Assembly (NCBI GenBank): GCA_024762925.1
Contig: JANTGM010000010.1
Coordinates: forward strand, 1-64,000
Length of the DNA stretch: 64,000 bases
Direction of reading: 5' to 3'
From: Kofleriaceae bacterium
GTDB lineage: Bacteria > Myxococcota_A > Polyangia > Haliangiales > Haliangiaceae
A program made the position numbers and the translations under genes. Below the pieces are notes generated by a model. That model was not told where the DNA came from. It did not search any database and saw nothing but the letters and a program-made list of their open reading frames with translations. Below, in pieces: positions 37,557 to 47,243 of the stretch (position 1 is the stretch's first letter; the number at the start of each line of letters is the position of its first letter).

Positions 37557-39401
37557 TCAGGTCTCGGTCGGCGAACTCTTCCAACGTCTCATCAAAGTGG
37601 CGTACTCTGGCAACCACGAAGCGTCCCAATTGCCAGAAGTAAACTTCGCATCATCGACTCTTGAGTTACAGGTCCAGGCGTATTCAATTCGGCTCATGAC
37701 ATCATGGGAATGAATCGACTCGTCATAGGCTTTCGCACCCAGATTCAGAAATCGCAGGTTTGGGAGTCTATTGACCAGATCCCAGATCCCCTCACGGTCA
37801 GCCTTCAGCACGTTCTTGAGGCCCAAGCCGACGAGCTGTGAAGCAACGGGCGATTGCAGCAGCACCTTCATCTCCTTGCCTTGGACACTTCCCAGGAACC
37901 GGAGACTGGGGAGTGAGTAGTCCGAAATTCTCTCAATCGACTTCGTGACATCGATGATCTCCAACGCGGACCAGCCCGGGTCACGTCGAGACTTGCCATC
38001 AAACGAGGCGATAGCACAAGCGTGCAGTATTCCTCTGTCGAAGTGCGCAGCCGGGCCATCAATGATGTGTGCACCTGTCCACCGAATGTGTTCACTGAGA
38101 ACTCCAGCGAACCTCTTGCGTTCTCTTGTCGTGAGCTTTGTGGGTTCTCCGGAGAGCTGAGCGCGTATGAACTCGCCGTGCGGGTCTCCTTGCTCCATGA
38201 GCGAGTCGGAGAGGACCCAGCGCGGATCGTCATCGTCTGGAGTTTCAAAGACGAGGGCAAAGAGAGCCTCCGTGCTTGCGTTCTTTTCTACCTCAATCCC
38301 TCTCACCGAAAGCAGCTGCGCGAGAACAGGACTGCTTTGAGCCACTTGGCTAAGCTTCTTCAAGTCATCGGATTCCCCGTGAATCAAGAGTGCGGCCAAA
38401 ACATGGAGTCCCTCTTCACCGTCCAGCCGAAACCTTGGGGCTTTGGCAAACTCCACAAGCTCCTTGCTTGGGTTCCAATTGGCGCTACCGATTCGCTGCG
38501 CAATGTGCGTGGCGATTGCGGCTTTCGTCTTGGGTAAGGCGGCATCGTCGAACGACGCCTTTCGATTCTTGGACAGGCGGTACCCAATCCACTGGAAGAC
38601 GCGCTCTCGGTTTTCAGAAACCCAGATGTCCATTTGGCTGGACAGCGGACCTATGTTGAGCCGGCTATCCGGACCCACTGGCCGTCGCAGTAGCTGCAGA
38701 TGTTGCTCGTTGGCACGCAACAGGACGTTGAAGAGCAGATGGAAATAGAACTCCTTTGCGCCGAAAGAGCGCCAAAGCCTATCCTCGATGAGCCAGCTAA
38801 CGAGGGTGTCAATTTCTGTGCCTACGGACTCGGACGTTATGCGAATCATGCCCTGAGTGGCTCGGCCCAAATCGCCTTCGATGATGGAGTCGAGCGGCGT
38901 AGGTGCAAGCGTTGGTTTCTTGGTCTCGGCGTTTTGGGCGGGCCTTGGGGGTGCGGATCTTGGCACGTCGCTTTCTGCGCTTTCGACCTCAGGAGGCGCT
39001 TGCGGGCATTCCTCGCCTCTCGTGGCTTTATCGAGGAGAAGCACATCTTCAGCGCAGAGAATCCGTGGCGTCTGCAACGACATGCCCAACCGTCCAGGCT
39101 TGGCGCTAATCCCCTTGCCCGTTGACAGTTTCAGGCTGCCAATCGCGCTTGTGATGTCGCAGAGGGCGGTAGAGTTCTTAGCCTCCCAACCGTCTTTCGT
39201 CTGAGTCGGGTTTTCCATTCGGGCGACGAGCCACAAGACATCATCCGGCCGGACTGTGACCAAGTAGAGGGTTCCGCCCTCAGCGAGCCCTTCTAGCCGT
39301 TTGTTGCTAGAGCGGTAAACCGAGGTTGCATACACGTCCCCTAGCACCAGTGATCCAGCCTTCGCGAAGACTGCTTTGCTAACGATGGCCAGCATGTCCA
39401 T
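37557..39401 (-). CDS. TIGR02996 repeat-companion domain / leucine-rich-repeat protein
   Basis: DDDDPRWVLSDSLMEQGDPHGEFIRAQLSGE matches the TIGR02996 core (DDPRLVYADWLEEQGDPRGEFIRLQ). LRR-like segments at the C-terminus include LRFLNLG and LPSLRFLG. The function of the N-terminal 300 aa is unknown. Confidence 0.55.
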   Translation of the reverse strand: MDMLAIVSKAVFAKAGSLVLGDVYATSVYRSSNKRLEGLAEGGTLYLVTVRPDDVLWLVARMENPTQTKDGWEAKNSTALCDITSAIGSLKLSTGKGISAKPGRLGMSLQTPRILCAEDVLLLDKATRGEECPQAPPEVESAESDVPRSAPPRPAQNAETKKPTLAPTPLDSIIEGDLGRATQGMIRITSESVGTEIDTLVSWLIEDRLWRSFGAKEFYFHLLFNVLLRANEQHLQLLRRPVGPDSRLNIGPLSSQMDIWVSENRERVFQWIGYRLSKNRKASFDDAALPKTKAAIATHIAQRIGSANWNPSKELVEFAKAPRFRLDGEEGLHVLAALLIHGESDDLKKLSQVAQSSPVLAQLLSVRGIEVEKNASTEALFALVFETPDDDDPRWVLSDSLMEQGDPHGEFIRAQLSGEPTKLTTRERKRFAGVLSEHIRWTGAHIIDGPAAHFDRGILHACAIASFDGKSRRDPGWSALEIIDVTKSIERISDYSLPSLRFLGSVQGKEMKVLLQSPVASQLVGLGLKNVLKADREGIWDLVNRLPNLRFLNLGAKAYDESIHSHDVMSRIEYAWTCNSRVDDAKFTSGNWDASWLPEYATLMRRWKSSPTET

Positions 39402-39697
39402 GCGGTGATGCTAACACGCACACTTGCCATCTCCCGAGGAGCTGTACGTTCCTGCAGTCCAGTTTGCTCCGCAGCATCGGGGGAAGTGCAGAATTGTGGC
39501 CAGTCCAGAACTATGGGATTTTGCGAATATATCCTAGGAACACCACCTATGAACTTCCTAGCCGCCTTTGCGCATCTAGCGCGTGGGAGCTTTGCATCCA
39601 ATACCGGCGGAGGTGTGTCATCTTGGACACACGGCGATATCTCCGCAAACATGCGCCGCATTTCGAACTCCCCACAAATAGGTAGTATGATGTTGGA

Positions 39698-40177
39698 ATG
39701 ACCGAACTCGAAGAGTTAACCGCCACACGTATTGATGCTGCTCTATCGGGAAACACAGCCTACAAGCGCCTTGGCCCGAGCCAGTTCCTGGTGAAGCAGG
39801 GGTCGACGTTTGTCATGCTCACTGCACAGCTTATGAACGATGGCAAGCCGCAGGTGAGATGCCTCGCACAGCTGGTTAAGGGCGTTAACATGACGCCCGA
39901 ATTGGCCTACGAACTTCTCCGACTCAACACACAAATCAACTTTGGGGCATTTGGCTACTCGGCTCCGGCACAATTGGTGCTGCTAACGAATTCCCTTCTT
40001 GGCGGGGCAACGCTTGATGCCGAGGAAATCACCTCGACCTTGGAGAGCCTTGTTCGCGTCGCCGACGAATATGACGACATCATTATTGAGAAGTACGGTG
40101 GGCAACGCATGACCGACATTCTCGAGGCGTCTGAGCTGGGAAAGCTCTTTTCCGATCCGAATGCCAGTGCTTTCTGA
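39698..40177 (+). CDS. YbjN-domain protein (putative sensory transduction regulator / T3SS-chaperone-like fold)
   Basis: About 160 aa with the family pattern: an N-terminal acidic helix, then FLVKQGSTFVMLTAQL and FGAFGYSAPAQLVLLTN blocks. The call is weak and pattern-based. Confidence 0.4.
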   Translation: MTELEELTATRIDAALSGNTAYKRLGPSQFLVKQGSTFVMLTAQLMNDGKPQVRCLAQLVKGVNMTPELAYELLRLNTQINFGAFGYSAPAQLVLLTNSLLGGATLDAEEITSTLESLVRVADEYDDIIIEKYGGQRMTDILEASELGKLFSDPNASAF

Positions 40178-40520
40178 GGTCTGCGCTTCGGCGAATCGAC
40201 AATCGGCTATTCCGCAGCCGAGACAAAGCTAATGGCCGTCGTTGCCCTCCCACCGATGTTTCGCGTCTGCACTGTCTGGCCCCTTCGACCTGCATATCAC
40301 CTGCGGTGTTGGTCACCAATGGCACAAACGACACCTGGGAAGCGGGGCGATACCCCGAGAGTTTTGCATGCTTCTCATTGGCCAGCATCAGCCTGAAGTC
40401 GCTGTAGTGGCGCTTCACCAGAGCTGTAGCCTTCTTGCGCTTCGTCCGGGACAGCCAGTGGTTGCTCGAAGCGGCCACGGCGCAGCGAGCGCGCCCCCTC
40501 GGTCTCAAACGTGTTGACAG

Positions 40521-41462
40521 CTAGGAAGAGGGAGGCTGGGCGTGTTGGGAACCGCGGTTTTTAAGTTGGTCGGTGACGAGATTTCTGAACCATTTGTGGG
40601 CGGGATCGTGGTGCATGCGTTGATGCCAGACGAGGCGGAGGGTGTAGCCTGGAGGAGCGGCTGGCATGTTCAGGAGTTCAAAGTCCACCAGAGTCGCCGC
40701 AACATCGGCGACACTCTTGGGGAGGGTGAGAACGTAGTCTGAATTTGCGACCAGAAAAGGTGCGGGCATGAAACTTGAGAGAGTGCGTGCGACGCGTCTG
40801 CTTAGGCCCTTTTCTGCGAGCATCGTGTCCACAACACCGCCAGAGCTTCCTTGGGGGGAGATGAGGAGGTGCTCCAAATCGGCAAATCGCTTGAGGGTCA
40901 TGCGCTTTTGCAGACACGGATGATCCTTTCGCACCATGCTCACGAATCGATCATGCATCACAGGCTTTGTATGCATATCTGGGGGCAGATCAGTCGTGAC
41001 GAGGAACGCCAGATCGAGACCGTCGCTGCGCAATTCTTCGATCGTGTTCTTGTAAGAGCTATTCGTAAGTACATCGACCAAGGGCGCCTGTGCCCGCAAC
41101 GCGCGATCGAGAGAGGGAAGGAGCACCCAGTCGAGGTAGTCGGCATAGGCGAGGTAAAAGGTACGTTCGAGCTTCTCTGGGCAAACGTCGTCCGGGGGCT
41201 GGATCACTCGCTCAAGGGCTGCCACTGCTTCGGCCACCAGAGGTGCTAAATAGGCACCCCGTGGGGTCTGGACCATCGTGCGTCCCGCCCGGACCAGCAA
41301 TTCGTCGCCTAGCAGAATGCGAAGGCGGGCGAGGGCATGGCTGGTCGCCGAAGCACTCATTCCAAGTAATTTAGCGGACTTGGCTACACTCTGGGTTTGC
41401 AAGAGAGGGTGGAGCATCACTAGCAAGTTACTGTCGATTCCCTGAAGCTGCATGGCCTGCAT
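40521..41462 (-). CDS. LysR-family transcriptional regulator
   Basis: The N-terminal HTH MSASATSHALARLRILLGDELLVRAG is followed by a C-terminal substrate-binding domain (about 300 aa). It is divergent from an NmrA-like gene, the classic LysR-target arrangement. Confidence 0.8.
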   Translation of the reverse strand: MQAMQLQGIDSNLLVMLHPLLQTQSVAKSAKLLGMSASATSHALARLRILLGDELLVRAGRTMVQTPRGAYLAPLVAEAVAALERVIQPPDDVCPEKLERTFYLAYADYLDWVLLPSLDRALRAQAPLVDVLTNSSYKNTIEELRSDGLDLAFLVTTDLPPDMHTKPVMHDRFVSMVRKDHPCLQKRMTLKRFADLEHLLISPQGSSGGVVDTMLAEKGLSRRVARTLSSFMPAPFLVANSDYVLTLPKSVADVAATLVDFELLNMPAAPPGYTLRLVWHQRMHHDPAHKWFRNLVTDQLKNRGSQHAQPPSS

Positions 41463-41544
41463 CTATATCAAGAGAATGCTGCACTTCCCACACTATTCGT
41501 GTGGGCCCATAGTGAGCTCACACCACAACCACGGAAAAGCAACT

Positions 41545-42402
41545 ATGAGTAACACACGCAACAAGATTCTCGTCGTCGGAGCCACCGGAACTGTCGGAGC
41601 CGAACTAGTAAAACTTCTCGACGGCTCAGGGGAAACCGTCAAGGCAGCTACGCGGGATCCAAGCCGCGATCTTGGGCCCAACGTCGAAGCGACTCGCTAC
41701 GATTTTGACGATCCCAGTACGTTTGATGGTGCCCTCAAAGACGTGAATCGCATCTTTTATCTCTCGCGCTCAGCCGATCCGATCGCAGCGGATGTGGCCC
41801 GCCCCCTCTTTGAAAAAGCCGCGGCTTTGGGCGTGAAACACATCGTCAATATGAGCGCTCTGGGGGTAGAGATGGATGCAAGCATCTCTCTGCGACAGGT
41901 GGAACTTCTCTTAGAAGAATCGGGCATTGACTATACAATCTTGCGGCCCAATTGGTTTATGCAAAACTTTGCGACTGGCTTTATGAACGACATGATTCGA
42001 GAGAAGAACGGTCTTTTTATCCCTGCGGGGGACGCCTCGGTGAGCTTTATTGATACTCGAGACATTGCAGCAGTGGCTGCCAAGGTTCTTTGCCAAGAGG
42101 GGCATGCAAACAAGGTCTACGCACTCACTGGCGGCGAGTCCTTTACCTATGAGGCAGCAATTGGCAAGGTTGCTGAGGCTGCCCAGCGTGGCGTCATCTA
42201 CGCTCCTATCGGCGAGGAGGATATGAAAGCGGCCCTACAAGACCAGGGACTGCCCGAGGCGCCGATTGCCTTTATGCTGGGGCTCTTTAGCCGCTTGCGA
42301 AGTGGGATAAACGCACCAGTAGAGGGCGATGTGGAGCAAATTTTGGGGCGCAAGCCTCTTTCGCTTGAAGACTTTGTGCAGGAGTTTGCTAGTTCATTCT
42401 AG
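41545..42402 (+). CDS. NmrA-like NAD(P)-binding reductase (SDR superfamily, atypical)
   Basis: Rossmann motif ILVVGATGTVGAELV. The length and C-terminal pattern fit NmrA/HSCARG-like proteins. ATG at 41545. Confidence 0.7.
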   Translation: MSNTRNKILVVGATGTVGAELVKLLDGSGETVKAATRDPSRDLGPNVEATRYDFDDPSTFDGALKDVNRIFYLSRSADPIAADVARPLFEKAAALGVKHIVNMSALGVEMDASISLRQVELLLEESGIDYTILRPNWFMQNFATGFMNDMIREKNGLFIPAGDASVSFIDTRDIAAVAAKVLCQEGHANKVYALTGGESFTYEAAIGKVAEAAQRGVIYAPIGEEDMKAALQDQGLPEAPIAFMLGLFSRLRSGINAPVEGDVEQILGRKPLSLEDFVQEFASSF

Positions 42403-42565
42403 TGCGCGATTCATGAATATAGAACGCGCTCACTCGTCTTCTCGCCCGCAGGTCAGCCCGTCTGCTTCGTTGTTCCTCGGTCGCTTGCCAGCAAACTCCC
42501 TCTTCCCGCCTCGCCAGCAAACGAGCTGACTTCGCGATCACGAATCAATGTCCATGGACCGCGCA
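42401..42565. repeat. Complete 165-bp MITE with 17-bp terminal inverted repeats (AGTGCGCGATTCATGAA ... TTCATGGACCGCGCACT)
   Basis: The TIRs were read directly. The internal sequence matches the half-elements at 13287-13345 and 31096-31185. It is inserted exactly between the nmrA-like stop and the next gene. Confidence 0.85.
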
Positions 42566-42582
42566 CTCGTGAGGAACCAATC

Positions 42583-42951
42583 ATGACAACAACTGAATCA
42601 ATGCTTGTGGCACAAGGTCACCATTCCTTAAGCGCCGATGAATTGAGGAGCCGCATTGTGGGCAAGACAGTGCACGGGGACTACCTAGGCGGGTTTCGTT
42701 TTGTCACCTATTTGGATGCCAACGGAACCATGGAGGGGCGCAATCATGTTGGCTCGCACAATGGTGGCGAGTGGTCTATCGACCCTGATGAGGGCACCCT
42801 AACTGTGACTTGGGACAATGGGTGGGATGAGACGACGACTCGTGGGTATGAGGTCGGAGGTGTGATTCATTTCTTTGATAAGGGGACAGGGCAGTGGCGC
42901 AATCGGTTGCACACTTTTGCTGAGGGTAAGAATATATCTCAGGCGCTCTGA
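42583..42951 (+). CDS. Hypothetical 122-aa protein
   Basis: ORF with protein-like composition (GDYLGGFRFVTYLDANGTMEGRNHVGSHNGGEWSIDPDEGTLTVTW); no motif recognised. Confidence 0.35.
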   Translation: MTTTESMLVAQGHHSLSADELRSRIVGKTVHGDYLGGFRFVTYLDANGTMEGRNHVGSHNGGEWSIDPDEGTLTVTWDNGWDETTTRGYEVGGVIHFFDKGTGQWRNRLHTFAEGKNISQAL

Positions 42952-43360
42952 GGTTGACGCTGCGCTGGGCTCGTTTCTTTTTTGCGCGCTGGGCTTGTGC
43001 GCTTTGTTGCGGCACGGACATCAAGCGCGGAACCCTCGCCTGGGCTGGCTGCTCAAGCGAGCAACCACTACTCAGCTTCGAAGCCAGCTGCCTTGTGCGC
43101 ACCATCGCAAAACGGCTTATTCTTCGATTCTCCACAGCGGCACAGGGCTGCCTTCTTGCCTGTCCATGCGACTCTCCCACTTGCCGCGACAATGCGGAGA
43201 TTTCCACTAACAAGGAGGGGGCCGTTTGGCGCACGCTTGATCTTGGTCCTAAAAAATCCTGAGATAGCGTAGGAGCTTACCAGGATCTGTGGGGAGGCCT
43301 GTCCAAACCATAGGAGGGAAAGGCGCTAATTCGTCGCCTGTGCGTGGTAAGGTCAATGGC

Positions 43361-44575
43361 ATGATCCGTCATGGGGTTCTTGCCTGCTTGCTCCTCACAG
43401 CATGCCAGTTCGACACTAGCACAACTGGAGCTGTGGATGATGACGCGGGCCAGCAACCTTTGGTCGATGCTTCCAATGCCGAGCTTGACGCTACGCCAAT
43501 CGATGGGGGAACTCCTGACGCAGTTGCACAAATCAACTGCATGGACTGGGCTCAGCAACCAACTATCGTAGACCCGTGCGTTGACTTTGAAATCGTGCAC
43601 GAACCTCTGATCCTTGATGAGAACGGTACATACAGCTACGACACAGACACGGGCATCCTAACAAGCCCGGCCCAAACCCCTGTGCCTCATACAAGCGTGA
43701 CACTTGGTGGGAATGCTGACGACCCGCGAGTTGTCGTGGCTGGGTTCATCAATGTGAAGGCCTTGACCACGTTGCGTGCTACAGGTGGTAGGCCGCTCAT
43801 CTTGGTTTCCTGGGAGAACCTCATGGTCGCTGGTGCCATTGACGTTGGCAGTGATGATACCGATGTCGGGGCTGGCGCAAACTCTGACAACTGCGACACG
43901 TCGGAAGCTGGAGACAGCGCTGAGAATGGTGGCGGCGGTGGCGGCGGCGGCGGCTTTGGTGGCGCTGGCGGGGCTGGCGCCGATGCGGAAGATGGCGACG
44001 GCTCTGACGGTGGCGCTGGCAGTGATGCGATCTCCGACCCTGGATTTCACGGCGGATGCCCTGGAGCCGATGGTGGGGATGGCCAATCCGAGATTGGTGG
44101 AGATGGCGGAAATAGCGGCGGCGCTGTCTACTTGCTGGCTCGGAAGTCTCTCTTGATTGGCGGAATCATCGCCTCGGGAGGCCAAGGTGGGTCTGGATCG
44201 CAGGGAGACCGCAGCGGTGGTGGCGGTGGCGGCAGCGGTGGCATGATCGGCCTTGAGGCTGGAACAATTCAACTGGGAAGCGGCGCTGTGATTGCTGCCA
44301 ATGGCGGCGGCGGCGGTGGTGGTACCAATCAAATGACTGCGGCTGCTGGCCAACACGGCCAGCTAGGTGCTGTCGCAGCTCTCGGTGGTGATGGCGAAGG
44401 CAACGCGCCCTCAGCAAACGGTGGCGACGGAGGATATGTCACTGTGATAGATGGCCAGGATGGTGTGACGAGCAACCGTGGTGGCGGTGGTGGCGGTGGT
44501 GGTGCGGGCCATATTACCTCCAGGGGGGCCTTATCGAACAATGGTGCAACGATTAGCCCTTCATTCACTGACTAG
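43361..44575 (+). CDS. Glycine-rich secreted lipoprotein (paralog of 407-1549)
   Basis: ATG at 43361 gives MIRHGVLACLLLTACQFD with a lipobox. Poly-Gly tracts are present (GGGGGGGGGFGGAGGAG, GGGGGGSGG, NGGGGGGGTNQ). See 407-1549 for the alignment blocks. Confidence 0.6.
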   Translation: MIRHGVLACLLLTACQFDTSTTGAVDDDAGQQPLVDASNAELDATPIDGGTPDAVAQINCMDWAQQPTIVDPCVDFEIVHEPLILDENGTYSYDTDTGILTSPAQTPVPHTSVTLGGNADDPRVVVAGFINVKALTTLRATGGRPLILVSWENLMVAGAIDVGSDDTDVGAGANSDNCDTSEAGDSAENGGGGGGGGGFGGAGGAGADAEDGDGSDGGAGSDAISDPGFHGGCPGADGGDGQSEIGGDGGNSGGAVYLLARKSLLIGGIIASGGQGGSGSQGDRSGGGGGGSGGMIGLEAGTIQLGSGAVIAANGGGGGGGTNQMTAAAGQHGQLGAVAALGGDGEGNAPSANGGDGGYVTVIDGQDGVTSNRGGGGGGGGAGHITSRGALSNNGATISPSFTD

Positions 44576-44584
44576 AGACGTGAG

Positions 44585-44705
44585 TTCGTTCACAGGCAAG
44601 GCGCGAACAACGAGCTTGCTGGGGCAAGAACGCAGAGCCGAAGGCGTCCAGAGGGCGAAAAGCCGAGCGAGCGCGAGCAAGAGTTTTGAATCCGACACTA
44701 GGCGC
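44585..44705. repeat. Interspersed intergenic repeat element (family 3, reverse orientation)
   Basis: ggcaaggcgcgaacaacgagcttgctggggcaag...gagccgaaggcgtccagagggcgaa...gagcgagcgcgagcaagagttttgaatccgacactag is the reverse complement of 19125-19260. Confidence 0.75.
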
Positions 44706-44765
44706 TTCCCAGCGGGTGAGTGCAACATGCTTTCTTCTCAAGGAACCCCTTAAGCTGAGAGGGCC

Positions 44766-46598
44766 TTAAGAGTTCTTCTGCTCCGCGTAGTACTCGTCCT
44801 CTTGCTCGCACACTTCTACTGCCTTGAGGTTCTTGAACCAGAAGAAGTACAAGCCCAGGCCACAAAGCACTGACATCACGGTGAAGTAGCCAAACTTTTT
44901 CCAGTCGTGAAAGACAAAGGCCATGGCTCCGACTAGCAAGCAAATCTGGAAGGGGATGGTGAGAAACAGCGAAATACCATCGTTGAGTCGCTCCATGTTT
45001 CGATCGCGCATCTGCTGCTCATCGACCATGCCCGATTCCTTCGCTGCCTTGGCATGACGGCGCCAGAGGCCCCACGGGTTAATCTGAGTCCAGAAACGCA
45101 CAAGAATGGCGTCGTCAGTGGCAGGAGTTAGCAAAGAGATTAGAACGGCGGAGGCGAACGCGCTGCCGACGATTGCCGGGAACGAGCTGTAGAGCGGGAG
45201 TTTCAGGATTGCTTTGAAGACTAGCGCTGCCACGACGCCACCTGCAGTGCCCGCAGCAAAACCATAGCCATTGAGTCGAGGCCAGTACCAACGCAGGACC
45301 AGTGGAACAAAGAGTCCAGCCCCAAGCCCCATCGTGATCAGTCCCCAGATATGATTGATGTTAGGCACGATCATAGCCAGAGAAACGCCAGCGACGCAGA
45401 GAGCCATTGTCGCCCAACGCGAGACTCGAATGAGGTCGTCGCCGGTAGCCTCTGGGTTTTGATACGACTGGTAAATGTCTTTGACGTAGTAGGAAGCTCC
45501 AGCGTTGAGTGTGGAGTCGAAGGTGCTCATTGCTGCGGCTATGAGCCCTGCAATTACGAGCCCTCGAATTCCGTCGGGCAAACTCTGGCCAAGCACAACG
45601 GGAAGGACATGCTCGGCATCCTTACTAATGTCTATGGCACCTGGCAGGCCCTCTTGCACGATGTTCAGTCCCATGACGACGAGGCCCGCGACCATGGTCC
45701 AACGGAAGACCGAGAGGATGATGCTCTCCATCGTAAGCAGGCTTGCTTCGCGCTCGTTGCGAGCAGCAAAGAATCGCTGGTCGGTATAGCCGCCGACACC
45801 ACCCATGCCTTCAAGGGTAGTGCGAAAGACCCACATGAACACGCAGACCCCAAACATCCCGAGTATTGGCTCCCATGAGGCTGGGTCTTTGGCGATGAGT
45901 GCGGCCCCTCCTACTGGCGTTGCCAGATCGAAATCCATGAAGCCATCGGGCAGGCTGACGGTTGGTGCCAAGGAAAATGCCTCGACGGTAATAAAGACCG
46001 CCGTGAAGATCAGCAGTATCATCTGGATGACATCGGTGAAGACAACGCCATAGAGACCCGACATGAGCGTGTAGAGCAGGCCAATGCAGACCATCGTGGC
46101 CATGCACGTGAATTCGCTGTACGGGAGAAAATATGTCAGGAATTTACCGGCGCCCTTGGAGAAGTAGACAATCATTCCGAGCGAGAGCAGAATGTTTGCA
46201 ACCGCACTGAGAACGTGAGCGACTCGCCCCTGTCTGTCGGTGCCAAAACGTAGCTTCATCCATTCGGCCGAGGTCATGACTCGACTTCGTCGCAACCACT
46301 TGGCTAAGAAAACTACCAAGAATGCCAAGGAGAGGCCGACACCACCGCGAATCTCAACTAAGAAGCCTTTGTAGCCGAGGCTAAAGACAACGCCCACGAT
46401 GATCATGGTGCCGGCCATGTCGAAGTTCGACGTGGAGGTGGATATGCCGAGTACCCACCACGGAATCTTGTTTCCGCCAAGGAAGTACTCATCGACGTTT
46501 TCCGATGCCATCTTGGACAGCGCGAAACCAACAACGGTGACGATTACGAGAAAGCCACCAATGATGGCCAGATCAATACCAGCTAGCGTTGTTCCCAC
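44766..46598 (-). CDS. Sodium:solute symporter (SSS family) transporter
   Basis: About 13 TM helices. The N-terminus (LAIIGGFLVIVTVVGF...YFLGGNKIPWWVLGIS) fits the SSF pattern. 610 aa. Confidence 0.7.
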   Translation of the reverse strand: MGTTLAGIDLAIIGGFLVIVTVVGFALSKMASENVDEYFLGGNKIPWWVLGISTSTSNFDMAGTMIIVGVVFSLGYKGFLVEIRGGVGLSLAFLVVFLAKWLRRSRVMTSAEWMKLRFGTDRQGRVAHVLSAVANILLSLGMIVYFSKGAGKFLTYFLPYSEFTCMATMVCIGLLYTLMSGLYGVVFTDVIQMILLIFTAVFITVEAFSLAPTVSLPDGFMDFDLATPVGGAALIAKDPASWEPILGMFGVCVFMWVFRTTLEGMGGVGGYTDQRFFAARNEREASLLTMESIILSVFRWTMVAGLVVMGLNIVQEGLPGAIDISKDAEHVLPVVLGQSLPDGIRGLVIAGLIAAAMSTFDSTLNAGASYYVKDIYQSYQNPEATGDDLIRVSRWATMALCVAGVSLAMIVPNINHIWGLITMGLGAGLFVPLVLRWYWPRLNGYGFAAGTAGGVVAALVFKAILKLPLYSSFPAIVGSAFASAVLISLLTPATDDAILVRFWTQINPWGLWRRHAKAAKESGMVDEQQMRDRNMERLNDGISLFLTIPFQICLLVGAMAFVFHDWKKFGYFTVMSVLCGLGLYFFWFKNLKAVEVCEQEDEYYAEQKNS

Positions 46599-47243
46599 TT
46601 ACTCCCCTGTCTTCCCCACGATGGAGCCAAAATCGCGGGCGATGACAAAGTCGGCCCGGCTCTTGTGCTCGCGAATAATGGCATGCTCCCGACGCAAAAC
46701 GTCATCGATGAAGTCATCTTCTGCATCGCGTCCACGAGCCTTGCGATGTTCCCGCGTATCATCGTAGTTGCGCTCGATGAAGATACGCACGTCGGCAAAT
46801 TGCAGCGTCGTTGTGTAGGTTCCCTCTGCGATCAGCACTTCCACGCCGTGGAGGCTTCGTTCGGTCATTGAGATCGTATCGGCATCGTAGTTTACATGCG
46901 GCTGATAGATCGGGTCATGGCCCTGTTTGAACGCTCGCAGGTTCGCATCCATCAGACCGAGCTTGACCTCGTAGAGCCCAACCTGATCGATGTTCTTGCG
47001 ACGCATTTCGTGATTCGTCTTTGGTGGGAAGACAAAGTAATCGTCTTGTTGCAGCACTTCGGCACGAATGCCGCTCTCGCTAAGAATTCTTGCGATCTCG
47101 CTCCCCGTCTCGCTCTTGCCCGCTCCACTCTCGCCAGCCACGGTTACGACGAGCGGGCGAAGGGGATTGGCCGCGATGTGTTCACACAGCTCAGCGGCTC
47201 GCGCTGTGTGATGCGTCTCGATCAGTAGCTTATCGCCTTCCAT
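46599..47243 (-). CDS. Uridine kinase / phosphoribulokinase-family P-loop kinase
   Basis: Walker A VAGESGAGKSETGS. DDYF and an EGTYT-like block match the Udk/PRK family. Its stop abuts the SSS gene start (46598/46599). Confidence 0.5.
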   Translation of the reverse strand: MEGDKLLIETHHTARAAELCEHIAANPLRPLVVTVAGESGAGKSETGSEIARILSESGIRAEVLQQDDYFVFPPKTNHEMRRKNIDQVGLYEVKLGLMDANLRAFKQGHDPIYQPHVNYDADTISMTERSLHGVEVLIAEGTYTTTLQFADVRIFIERNYDDTREHRKARGRDAEDDFIDDVLRREHAIIREHKSRADFVIARDFGSIVGKTGE

